From Candidatus Bathyarchaeota archaeon (GTDB lineage: Archaea; Thermoproteota; Bathyarchaeia; TCS64): a stretch of DNA of 64,000 nucleotides. The stretch is from positions 448,001 through 512,000 of the forward strand of contig CAVYVF010000023.1 of the NCBI GenBank assembly GCA_963771885.1, given 5' to 3'. Positions 18,793 to 27,829 of this stretch are shown here, piece by piece (positions within the stretch are counted from its first letter, which is position 1; every line of letters starts with the position of its first letter). The translations under genes were made by a program, and so were the position numbers. Under the pieces are notes generated by a model. That model was not told the origin of the DNA. It did not search any database and saw only the letters and a program-made list of their open reading frames with translations.

Positions 18793-19668
18793 ATGGTGAA
18801 GCCGTCTAGATTCAGCGAAATCGTCCCTGAACCGAGGGTCGAGAAGATCATCGGTGGGTTCCAATTCACCGAGGGGCCACTCTGGGCAGGTGGTAGGCTG
18901 CTCTTCTCCGACATCCCCGCGAGCACAATCTACAGTTGGACCCCCAGCGCCGATCACGCCGAGGTCTACAGGAGGCCTAGCGGGCGTAGCAACGGGCTCA
19001 CCCTCGACGGTAGCGGCCGCCTCATAGCCTGCGAGCACGACAGGCGACTCACCCGAACCGAGCCCGACGGCACCGTTGAGGTGCTCGCCGAGAGCTACAG
19101 GGGAAAGAAACTCAACAGCCCAAACGACGCCGTCGTAGCGAGGAGTGGAGCCATCTACTTCACCGACCCACCCTACGGCCTCGGCGACAAATGTGAGGGG
19201 AAGGAGCTACCCTACCAGGGCGTCTTCAGACTCGGCACCCGAGGGAAGCTCACCCTGCTAGACGATTCTTTCGAGCGCCCAAACGGCCTCGCTTTCAGCC
19301 CCGACGAGTCAAGGCTCTACATCGACGACACGGCGAAGCGCCACATCAGGGTCTTCGACGTGAGAAAAGACGGGTCGATTAGCGGAGGCGAGGTCTTCGC
19401 CGAGCTGAAGGGACCTAAGCGTGGTAACCCCGATGGCATGAAAGTCGACACTCATGGCAACGTCTTCTGCACAGGCTCGGGCGGCGTCTGGGTCATCGCA
19501 CCCTCCGGGGAACCGCTCGGCGTCATCGAGAGCCCCGAGGTCACAACAAACGTTGCGTGGGGCGACGCAGACCTCAAGACCCTATACATAACCGCGCAGA
19601 CGAGTGTATACAGAGTGAGGACGACAACAGGCGGTATTCATTCGCCTAATCTTATGCGTGCATCTTAG
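18793..19668 (+). CDS. SMP-30/gluconolactonase family protein
   Basis: FTEGPLW, SNGL, NSPND, FTDPPYG, PNGLAFSPD, PDGMKVD. Confidence 0.92.
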   Translation: MVKPSRFSEIVPEPRVEKIIGGFQFTEGPLWAGGRLLFSDIPASTIYSWTPSADHAEVYRRPSGRSNGLTLDGSGRLIACEHDRRLTRTEPDGTVEVLAESYRGKKLNSPNDAVVARSGAIYFTDPPYGLGDKCEGKELPYQGVFRLGTRGKLTLLDDSFERPNGLAFSPDESRLYIDDTAKRHIRVFDVRKDGSISGGEVFAELKGPKRGNPDGMKVDTHGNVFCTGSGGVWVIAPSGEPLGVIESPEVTTNVAWGDADLKTLYITAQTSVYRVRTTTGGIHSPNLMRAS

Positions 19669-19721
19669 AAAATTAGTAAAACTCAGGTATCGATCGCTTC
19701 ATTAACCCTCTGCTCTGTTGC

Positions 19722-20492
19722 TCAGATTAGTGTAATGAGCCGCCCGAACCCGACATTTAGCTGCTTGATTCCGCCGTAGGAGTTTATGTAGCCCTTCTCA
19801 ACCCTGAGGCGCGCTCCAACCTTTACAACCTCGAACTGCTTGTCCCAGAGGACCATGACCACCCTACCTGTGGCGTCCTCGAGCGCGGCGTTGGCGACAG
19901 TGAGTTCTCCACCCGTCTTCTTCGACCGTACGGAGCGGGGGTACGACTTCTCCGTCACCTTGCCCTCGACTGTGACATTGCTCTGCCCGTCCCTTAGAGA
20001 GCCGATCGGCGCGATAGCCTCGTCGCCTGTGCGCTTCTCGAACCACCTAGTCTTGATCTTTGGGTCGCCATGCTCCCACCCGATCTGCCTGAAGCCCAAC
20101 GACTCTACGAAGGGCGGCACGCGTGTGTTCCACTCGGGAGTACCTAACGTCCAGATCGTCGCCTCAGGGTACCTCTCTCCGAGGAGTCCCACAACTTCGG
20201 AACCTATTCCCTCTCGTTGGTGATCAGGGTCGACGAAGAGTCTCTCGATGGTCGCGAGTGCCCCGCCTGCGCTTACCATGGCACCGCCGACGACCTCCTC
20301 CCCCTGAAGGACCGTGTAGCAGCCTAGGTACTTCAGTGAGCGCGTATAGAACGCGGGGGAGTCATATCCCTGTGGACCGCCAGGAGTTGGCGCACCATAT
20401 TCATCATCTGATCCGAAAGCCCTCTTCGCGATCTCGGCAAGGCGCTCTGAGTCTATCTCGGATGCCTCGACTAAGGTAACATCTGCGACCAT
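19722..20492 (-). CDS. GNAT acetyltransferase fused to a C-terminal SSB/RPA-like OB fold
   Basis: N-terminal LFVDPDHQREGIGS and FVESLGF; C-terminal NVTVEGKVTEK...VANAALEDATGRVVMVLWD...GYINSYGGIKQLNVG. Confidence 0.75.
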   Translation of the reverse strand: MVADVTLVEASEIDSERLAEIAKRAFGSDDEYGAPTPGGPQGYDSPAFYTRSLKYLGCYTVLQGEEVVGGAMVSAGGALATIERLFVDPDHQREGIGSEVVGLLGERYPEATIWTLGTPEWNTRVPPFVESLGFRQIGWEHGDPKIKTRWFEKRTGDEAIAPIGSLRDGQSNVTVEGKVTEKSYPRSVRSKKTGGELTVANAALEDATGRVVMVLWDKQFEVVKVGARLRVEKGYINSYGGIKQLNVGFGRLITLI

Positions 20493-20716
20493 ACGCTCAC
20501 ACGACTATTACTTTTCTGCCTCTATATCTCGTGTCTGGTAGGAGAACGTTATGTCCCTTTTCATGTCCTATAAGGGCTAGGTCGCTGGTCGCTATGTCAC
20601 TTAGTAGCGCTTGGATGGTGGGCATATGAACGTGCAGTTCACGCGCGCGACAATGCATATAGTGATCTCTACCGCCAACGCTAAAGCCAGATCGCGACAA
20701 GATTGAAACGGTAATC

Positions 20717-21472
20717 ATGTCGGGAAGACTTGCCGATAGGACAGCCCTCGTCACGGGCGCTAGCAGGGGAATAGGGGAGGCCATAGCACTCGCACTGGGA
20801 GAGGCAGGTGCGGTGATCGCCCTTGTAGCGCGTGAACCTATACAGCTTAGGCATGTCGCAGAGAAGGCGGAGAAGATGGGGATACGGGCCGAGACATTTG
20901 TAGCCGACGTCTCAAACGAGGATGACGTAGAACGCCTTAGGGGCGAGGTCCTCGGTAGCCTCGGAACCGTTGACATTGTAGTCAACAACGCTGGCATCAA
21001 CATACGAAAGCCAATCACCGACTTCCCTGTCGAGGAGTGGCGTCGAGTCATAGACACTAACCTAGTCGGACCCTTCCTCGTCTGCAGAGCCTTCGTGCCT
21101 CAAATGAAGGGCCGGGGCTACGGGCGCGTAATAAACACGACATCGACCATGAGCCACGTCGCCACCGCTAATCGTACAGCCTACGCAGCGAGCAAGGCTG
21201 GGCTCCTTGGCTTCACACGAGCACTCGCCATTGAGCTTGCTCCCGAGAAGATCACTGTCAACGGAATCAGCCCCGGTTGGTTCGAGACAGAGCTAACCAA
21301 GCCCATCTGGAGCGACCCTGCAAAGAACGACGACCTCATCTCTAAGATACCCCTTGGACGCTGGGGTGACGTCGCCGATGTCGCGAAGCTCGCCGTCTAT
21401 CTATGCACAGAGGAGGCTGGCTACATAACCGGCACCGACGTAAGGATCGACGGCGGATACACGGCGCAGTAG
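20717..21472 (+). CDS. short-chain dehydrogenase/reductase (gluconate 5-dehydrogenase-like)
   Basis: TGASRGIG, NNAGI, YAASK, PGWFETELT, IDGG. Confidence 0.9.
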   Translation: MSGRLADRTALVTGASRGIGEAIALALGEAGAVIALVAREPIQLRHVAEKAEKMGIRAETFVADVSNEDDVERLRGEVLGSLGTVDIVVNNAGINIRKPITDFPVEEWRRVIDTNLVGPFLVCRAFVPQMKGRGYGRVINTTSTMSHVATANRTAYAASKAGLLGFTRALAIELAPEKITVNGISPGWFETELTKPIWSDPAKNDDLISKIPLGRWGDVADVAKLAVYLCTEEAGYITGTDVRIDGGYTAQ

Positions 21473-22024
21473 CTATCCAATGTACCTGTCGTAGAGCGCC
21501 TTGACGTTCTCGGAGGTGAGTTCCAGCCTCATCTCCACCCCGATACTCGGATCTCTGTTCGTGACGCGGAAACCGAACTTACCCCAATACTCTACGAGCC
21601 TCCGCCCCGACTCGTCCTCGTCCTCCGTGATGCATTTTACCGCCTTGTACCCCGCCTCGTAGCTGTAGAGCGCGTCAAGCGCGGTCAGCACGGCTCCAAC
21701 GCCCTTTCTCTCGATTAGGGTCGCGGCGCTGTCTCCGAAGTACGCGTCCTCCGCGGAGTCTGTATAGCCAAGGTCGAAGGCGAAAGGTTTGCCGTCGAGT
21801 GTGAAGAGTATTACCGTGAAACCCTTTTTCTTTGACCTCTCGACGAGTTCATTTACGTTGTATTGCAGCTCCTGGCGGAATTTCCTGTTCTCTATCTCTT
21901 CGACTATGCGAGCTAGCCCCGAGGGAAACTCGTGATGGACAGTTATCCTGCACTCTCCTCCGAGAACCCCGCTAAGCTTCGCCTCAGCCCTTGCCAGCGC
22001 GTCTCGTAGATTTGGAACACTCAT
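21473..22024 (-). CDS. hypothetical protein, probable GNAT fold; paralogue of 22798-23355
   Basis: IERKGVGAVL (acetyl-CoA loop-like) and LVEYWGKFGF. Confidence 0.6.
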   Translation of the reverse strand: MSVPNLRDALARAEAKLSGVLGGECRITVHHEFPSGLARIVEEIENRKFRQELQYNVNELVERSKKKGFTVILFTLDGKPFAFDLGYTDSAEDAYFGDSAATLIERKGVGAVLTALDALYSYEAGYKAVKCITEDEDESGRRLVEYWGKFGFRVTNRDPSIGVEMRLELTSENVKALYDRYIG

Positions 22025-22074
22025 TAAATCTGGAACTGTCGATGGTGTTTTTATAATGTCGTACTCCCCGGGGT

Positions 22075-22755
22075 CTAGATTCTATCTGGGTAGTCGGAGA
22101 TGATGCCATCCACATCGAGCTTTGATAATCTCTGGATATCCGCAGGAATGTTCACGGTCCACGGATAAACCCGGAGACCAGCTTCGTGTGCGCGATTCAT
22201 ATATGCAGTGTTGATTCTGCTGTGATGAGGATTGACACAAAAAGCATCGAGCTCAGCTGCGGTGGTTAGTGCTCCCTCCATGTCCTCGTAAGTGAGTGGA
22301 CCGAGACGTGTCTCCTCCGACAGCTCACGCATCCTCCCGAGCATCCTCCAATCGAAGGATGTAATGAGCACGTCGTCTAGGCGCCATTCCCCCCTCTTGA
22401 ACGCACGGGTTATGAAGTCGTGGACAGAGTCGGAAGTTCCTTTCCCCTTCAGTTCAATGTTGATGCCTACACTCCCCCTCATCGTGGAGAACACCTCCGC
22501 GAGTGTTGGTATCTTCTCGCCGATCCCCGCGTCGAGAGCCTTCAGTTCGTTAAGGGTCAAGTTGGCTATGGTTCCTGAGCCGTTTGTCGTTCGATTTACG
22601 GTTTCGTCGTGGATGACCACGATTTCACTCGAGGCACAAACATGCACGTCCAACTCAACCATATCAGCGCCGAGGGAGACTGCCGCTTTAAAGCTACGAA
22701 GGGTGTTCTCAGGCTCGTATCCAGCAGCTCCCCTATGCCCTATCTTGAGGACCAT
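22075..22755 (-). CDS. glycerophosphodiester phosphodiesterase
   Basis: GHRGAAGYEPENTL, ELDV, IHDETVNRTTNG, NIELK, WTVN, IISDYPD. Confidence 0.93.
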   Translation of the reverse strand: MVLKIGHRGAAGYEPENTLRSFKAAVSLGADMVELDVHVCASSEIVVIHDETVNRTTNGSGTIANLTLNELKALDAGIGEKIPTLAEVFSTMRGSVGINIELKGKGTSDSVHDFITRAFKRGEWRLDDVLITSFDWRMLGRMRELSEETRLGPLTYEDMEGALTTAAELDAFCVNPHHSRINTAYMNRAHEAGLRVYPWTVNIPADIQRLSKLDVDGIISDYPDRI

Positions 22756-22797
22756 GATGTGAACTTGACGCGAAGCCTAATGAAGGAAACGGATAAC

Positions 22798-23355
22798 CTA
22801 GGGTAAGTACTTGGCCAGAAGTCCCTGTACGACGGCGGGTGTGAGTTCTAGTCTCATCTCGACGCCTATCTTCGGGTTGCGGTTCGTGACGAGAAACCCG
22901 AAGCGCCCCCAGTATTCTACTAGCCTGCGCCCTGACTCGTCCAGGTCCTCGGTTATCATTTTTTCTGACTTGTACCCGTTCTCGATGCAGTAGAGTGTCT
23001 CGAGGGCCGTGAGAACCGAGGCTATACCCTTTCTCTCGATTAGGGTGGCGGCGCTGTCAGAGAAGTAGGCGCCACTCTCAGGGTCGTCGAATCCGAAGAC
23101 GAAGGCGATGGGCCTCTCCTCGAGGTAGACTATGAAGCAGGTGAAACCTTTCTTCTTGGAGCGATTCGTGATTTCGCGCTCGCTGTATCTGAGCTCGCTC
23201 CTGAAGCGCTCGTCCTCGATCTCGCTTATGATCTTGAGGAGATCCTTGTTGATCTCGTGGTAGACCGCTATCCTACATGTACCGCCGAGGGCGCTGCCGA
23301 GCTTTGCCTCGGCTCGCTTGACGTATTCGCTAAAAACAGGCGCCCCTGAATCCAT
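22798..23355 (-). CDS. hypothetical protein, probable GNAT fold; paralogue of 21473-22024
   Basis: Shares DSAATLIERKG, ITED.DESGRRLVEYWG.FGF and IGVEMRLELT with its paralogue. Confidence 0.6.
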   Translation of the reverse strand: MDSGAPVFSEYVKRAEAKLGSALGGTCRIAVYHEINKDLLKIISEIEDERFRSELRYSEREITNRSKKKGFTCFIVYLEERPIAFVFGFDDPESGAYFSDSAATLIERKGIASVLTALETLYCIENGYKSEKMITEDLDESGRRLVEYWGRFGFLVTNRNPKIGVEMRLELTPAVVQGLLAKYLP

Positions 23356-23461
23356 TTCGACCCATATCACTTCCGACGGTTTTTATATCTATCTCCTCCA
23401 TAGGGGCAACTCGCAGGTTTTAAGAGGCGCCGAAGCCATGCGCCCCTGATAGGCGAGGGCG

Positions 23462-25123
23462 GTGAGGCTAGACAGAAGGGACGCGGCGATCGCTGTGGCG
23501 ATCACGGTTATCTTCTTCGTCTCCGCCGCCTACAACGTTGGGTTCAGAGAGATACCTTCGACACCGTGGCGGGTCAGGCAGGGGGACATCATCCTAACCC
23601 TCGCCGAGCCTGCGAGTGTATCAACTATCTACATCTACGCATCCTCCGACACCGATATCACGGCGAGCTTCTCGGTGCCGATCGAGGGTATGTGGAGGGA
23701 CAGGGCGTGGATGAACAACCACACATACTACAAGTGGATACCCGTCGAATTCAACCAGACAATCACCGAAAGAATACGGATGCGCCTCTACTTCAACGCG
23801 GGGGACATCTTCGAGATCGCCGCGGTCGACACGAACTTGAACCAGATCATCTTCACCAAAGCGGAGTCCACCAACCTCGAAAATACCCCCATTGGTAATC
23901 TCATCGACGAGCAGGGACTCTTCGAAAACCCCCCGACCTACAGGTCGGAGTCTATGTTCGACGAGGAGCTATTCGTCCGAGCCTCCCAGCAGCTCCTGAA
24001 CGGCGAGGAGCCTACAGCTGAGGAGACGCATCCTCCGCTGGGCAAGCTCATCATAGCCGCGAGCATCTCGATCCTCGGCTTCAACCCATTCGCCTGGAGG
24101 ATACCCGCCGTGCTCTTCGCGTCGCTGATGATTCCGATCATCTACGCTCTCGGGCTGGGACTGTTCAAGACGCGCGCCGCGGCAACGATCGCCTCCACCC
24201 TACTAGCTCTCGACTTCATGCACTTCACCATGGGGCGTGTGGGGACCGTTGACACCTATCTAGTCTTCTTCATATTACTCTCGACTCTCCTCTTCTATCT
24301 CAACTACGAGAAGATGACACTAGGTGCAGAACCCGACTATCGACTAATCGCATTAGCCCTTGTCTCCTTCAGCCTCGCATTCTCCGTCAAATGGATTGCG
24401 ATATTCGGCTTCATAGGCGAGGCTGTGCTTTTCTTAATCGCCGGCGTCTACAGCGCGGACCGCAGGGGAAACGTAGTAGCACGGCTCAAGTCACTCGCCA
24501 AGCCGATCGCGGTTATCGCCTGCCTCACCCCCCTAATCGGCGCAGGCGTCTACTTCGCCACATGGATCCCATACGCGGGGCTTGGGCACGACCTGGGCGA
24601 TATCTGGGCGGCACAGTGGGGGATGCTCGGCTACCACTCCGAGATGGGCCAATACTCGCACCCGAACGCCTCAGGCTGGTACGAGTGGCCCCTCGCCCTC
24701 AAGTTCCTCCCATTCACATCCGATAGACTCCAAGGCGATTTATACTCAGGCATCTCCGCACTCGGGAACCCCGTCCTCTGGTGGATCGGGCTAGTCGCGA
24801 TAATACTCTCAATACTAGACGCCGCCAAGCTGAAGTGGCCCCAACTCTTCCTCGGGGCTCTCTACCTCGCCCAGCTCATCCCCTACGCCCTCATCTCCCG
24901 CTACCTATTCATCTACCACTACTACGCGGAGGTCCCCCTACTCGCTCTAGCCACAGCGGGGCTCACCCACGAGCTATGGTACGCCCCAAAACAGAGGAAA
25001 TACATCTTATTACTCGTCGCGATCGCGGCGATAGTATTCGTCGCATTCTACCCCGTCATCTCGGGGCAGATCGTCCCACGCTGGTATATCGATTACCTGC
25101 GGGTCCTCGGATGGAGGTTCTAA
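23462..25123 (+). CDS. PMT/GT39-like dolichyl-phosphate-sugar protein glycosyltransferase
   Basis: MFDEE acidic motif, HPPLGK, FAWRI, SVKW, YH...HPNASGWYEWP, LGNPVLWW, FIYHY; multi-TM. Confidence 0.85.
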   Translation: MRLDRRDAAIAVAITVIFFVSAAYNVGFREIPSTPWRVRQGDIILTLAEPASVSTIYIYASSDTDITASFSVPIEGMWRDRAWMNNHTYYKWIPVEFNQTITERIRMRLYFNAGDIFEIAAVDTNLNQIIFTKAESTNLENTPIGNLIDEQGLFENPPTYRSESMFDEELFVRASQQLLNGEEPTAEETHPPLGKLIIAASISILGFNPFAWRIPAVLFASLMIPIIYALGLGLFKTRAAATIASTLLALDFMHFTMGRVGTVDTYLVFFILLSTLLFYLNYEKMTLGAEPDYRLIALALVSFSLAFSVKWIAIFGFIGEAVLFLIAGVYSADRRGNVVARLKSLAKPIAVIACLTPLIGAGVYFATWIPYAGLGHDLGDIWAAQWGMLGYHSEMGQYSHPNASGWYEWPLALKFLPFTSDRLQGDLYSGISALGNPVLWWIGLVAIILSILDAAKLKWPQLFLGALYLAQLIPYALISRYLFIYHYYAEVPLLALATAGLTHELWYAPKQRKYILLLVAIAAIVFVAFYPVISGQIVPRWYIDYLRVLGWRF

Positions 25124-25124
25124 C

Positions 25125-25838
25125 ATGAATGATATTGAGGTAAGCCTCGTGTTCCCCGCCTACAACGAGGCTGGGGACATAGAACGCTCTGTCAACGCAG
25201 CGCTTGAGGAGCTAAAGCAGATCACGCCACGCTTCGAGGTCATAGTCGCAGAGGACGGAAGTACGGACGGCACCGCCGAGATCGCTAAGCGGCTCGCCCG
25301 GGAGCACCCTGAGGTGCGACACATCCACAGCGCGGATCGCCTAGGTCGGGGTGAGGCTCTGAAAAGGGCGTTCAAGGAGGCGAGTGGGTGCATCCTCGTC
25401 TATATGGACGTCGACCTCGCCACAGACATACACAAACTCGGCGAGCTCATAGACGCGATACGCGGCGGAGCAGACATCGCGACGGGCTCACGCCTTCTCC
25501 CAGATAGCAGGGTGAAACGCTCGGCGCGCAGAAGCTTCGCATCGCAATCCTACAACACCCTCATCAAGGTGCTCTTCAACACGCCCGTGCACGACCACCA
25601 GTGCGGCTTCAAGGCCTTCAAGCGAGAGAGCCTCATGGGCTTCATCGACGATGTCGAGGACAGGCACTGGTTCTGGGACACAGAGGTGCTCATCAGAGGG
25701 GCGAGAAAGGGTCTCAAGGTCGTCGAGATACCCGTCGACTGGTCAGAGGCGAGGGGGACGAAGGTCAAGCTCCTCAGGGACTCGTGGAGGATGGGCTCTA
25801 AGGCCCTGAGCCTCTGGTGGAGCCTGCACACCTCGTAG
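25125..25838 (+). CDS. dolichyl-phosphate sugar synthase (GT2)
   Basis: PAYNEA, EDGSTDGT, DVDL, GSR, DHQCGFKAF, WFWDTEVL, EIPVDW. Confidence 0.88.
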   Translation: MNDIEVSLVFPAYNEAGDIERSVNAALEELKQITPRFEVIVAEDGSTDGTAEIAKRLAREHPEVRHIHSADRLGRGEALKRAFKEASGCILVYMDVDLATDIHKLGELIDAIRGGADIATGSRLLPDSRVKRSARRSFASQSYNTLIKVLFNTPVHDHQCGFKAFKRESLMGFIDDVEDRHWFWDTEVLIRGARKGLKVVEIPVDWSEARGTKVKLLRDSWRMGSKALSLWWSLHTS

Positions 25839-25886
25839 CGGGCAACGGCTGTTATTAACGCAGTGCGACAAGATAGACCGATACAC

Positions 25887-27048
25887 ATGCCTAGGAAGAA
25901 CCTCTTCAACTCCTCAACCGTGGAATCGATGCTACGCGCACCGGGATTGAAGTGGCACACGAACCCTCCCGACGTCATTCCAATGTGGATTGCCGCCCCC
26001 GACTTCCCAATCGCACCTGAAGTCAAGCAGGCTCTCCGCGACGCCGTCGAAGCGGAGGACGTATTCTACAACACCGACACAGCCGCGAAGGCGGCAATGG
26101 CTGAGAAGATCATCCGATTCAACAAGATCAGCGTCACACCAGACGATATTCAAGTCATACAGGGAGTCGATCCCAGCCTCTGGCTCGCAGCGAAATACGC
26201 ATGCAAGCCGGGCGACGAGGTCATACTCACGGACCCTATGTACACGCCCTTCAAGAATGGACTCGACGCAGCAGGCGCCAAGGCGGTCTACTGGAAGCTC
26301 GACGAAGACGATGGTTACCGCTTCGACGAGGAGACGCTGAAGAAACTCGATCACAAAGAGGACGCGCCTCATCGGCGTCTGCAACCCACACAACCCCACC
26401 GGACGCGTCATGACGAAAAAGGAGCTCAAGGCGATAGCCGACGTAGCCGCCGAGAAGAAGATCAACATCGTCTCCGACGAGCTTTGGGAGGACATCGTCT
26501 TCGACGACCACCAGCACCTCAGCATAGCGAGCCTCAGCCCCGAGGTCAGCGACCTCACACTCACAAGCTGGGGCTTCAGCAAGACGTTCGGAGTCGCAGG
26601 GCTACAGCTAGGTTACATGGCTACTACGAACAAGGCGATGATGGCTGAGATGCGTAAAGCCTCGACGGGGATACAGCGAGGCTCAAACACCCTTGCCAAA
26701 GCAATAGCACCCGTCATGCTCGGCTCAAAGACCAACTACTGGCGCCGCGACATGATGAAACACCTCACAAAGATCAGGAACCTCTGCGCCAAGAGGATGA
26801 ACGCGATGAACGGAGTCACATTCCCCGACCTCGAAGGCACATACGTCCCCTTCCCACGCTTCGACCTCGGCATCCCCAGTAAGGAACTCGCTGAGCGTCT
26901 CATCAAGGAGTACAAGGTCGGTCTCAGCGCAGGCATCGGCTTCGGACCCCTCGGCGAGAACCACCTCCGGATATGCATCGCCACGAGCGAGGCGATAATG
27001 CTGGAGGGCCTCAACAGGATCGAGTCTGCTACAAAGAAGCTCGGTTGA
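25887..27048 (+). CDS. PLP-dependent class I/II aminotransferase (MalY/PatB-like); frameshift near 26350
   Basis: IPMWIAAPDF, CNPHNPTGRV in the shifted frame, SDELW, SKTFGVAGL. Confidence 0.85.
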
Positions 27049-27082
27049 TCCCTTTTTTAGCCCGTCAGTTATACTCAATCTC

Positions 27083-27779
27083 ATGATCCCCGCCGTCATT
27101 ACGAAGATCACGCAGGCGACACCCACCATAAGAGCTCTCAGGATTGAGCCACGAGGCAGCTTTTCATTCAAAGCAGGGCAGTGGATCGACTTCTACGCCG
27201 ACGTAGCCGGGGAGAGGCGCGTCGCAGGCTACTCGATGACGAGCTCCCCGCTTTCAAAGGACTTCTTCGACCTCGCCGTGAAGAACGTGGGCGAGAACCC
27301 CGTGACGAGGCACATTCACGCCGACGCCCGAGAGGGGGAGATCGTCCACGTCGACGGCGGGAACGGGGAAATATTCTACGAGGCGGGCGCCGCGAAGAAC
27401 GTAGTACTTCTCGCCGGGGGAATCGGCATCTCCCCCCACATGAGCATATTCAGGTACATCGACGAAGGCGACCCCGCCGCCCAGGCCACACTAATCTACA
27501 GCGCCGCGAGCGGAGACGAGTTAATCTTCCGTAGCGAGATCGAGGAGATCACGCGCCGCAACCCACGCATGAAGGCGCTGCTAACTGTCACCGACGACGC
27601 CTCAGGCTGGATTGGGCGTGTGGGAAAAATTGACGAGGCGACTCATACGCGAGGCTGGGGTCGACCCCGAGGCACTCTACTACATCTGCGGGCCACCCCC
27701 TATGATCCACGGGCTCGTCGACACCCTACGCGAGCTCGGCATTCGCAGGAAGCAGATGCGCTACGAGCTCTGGTGGTAG
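27083..27779 (+). CDS. FNR-family FAD/NAD-binding oxidoreductase; frameshift near 27641
   Basis: FKAGQW, GYSMTSSP, LAGGIGISP; the shifted frame gives YYICGPPPM...MRYELWW-TAG (27777-27779). Confidence 0.85.
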
Positions 27780-27829
27780 GGCGGGTAACCTCTTATCCCC
27801 CCGCCACCGCCATTCAAGGCGAAGCTAAG

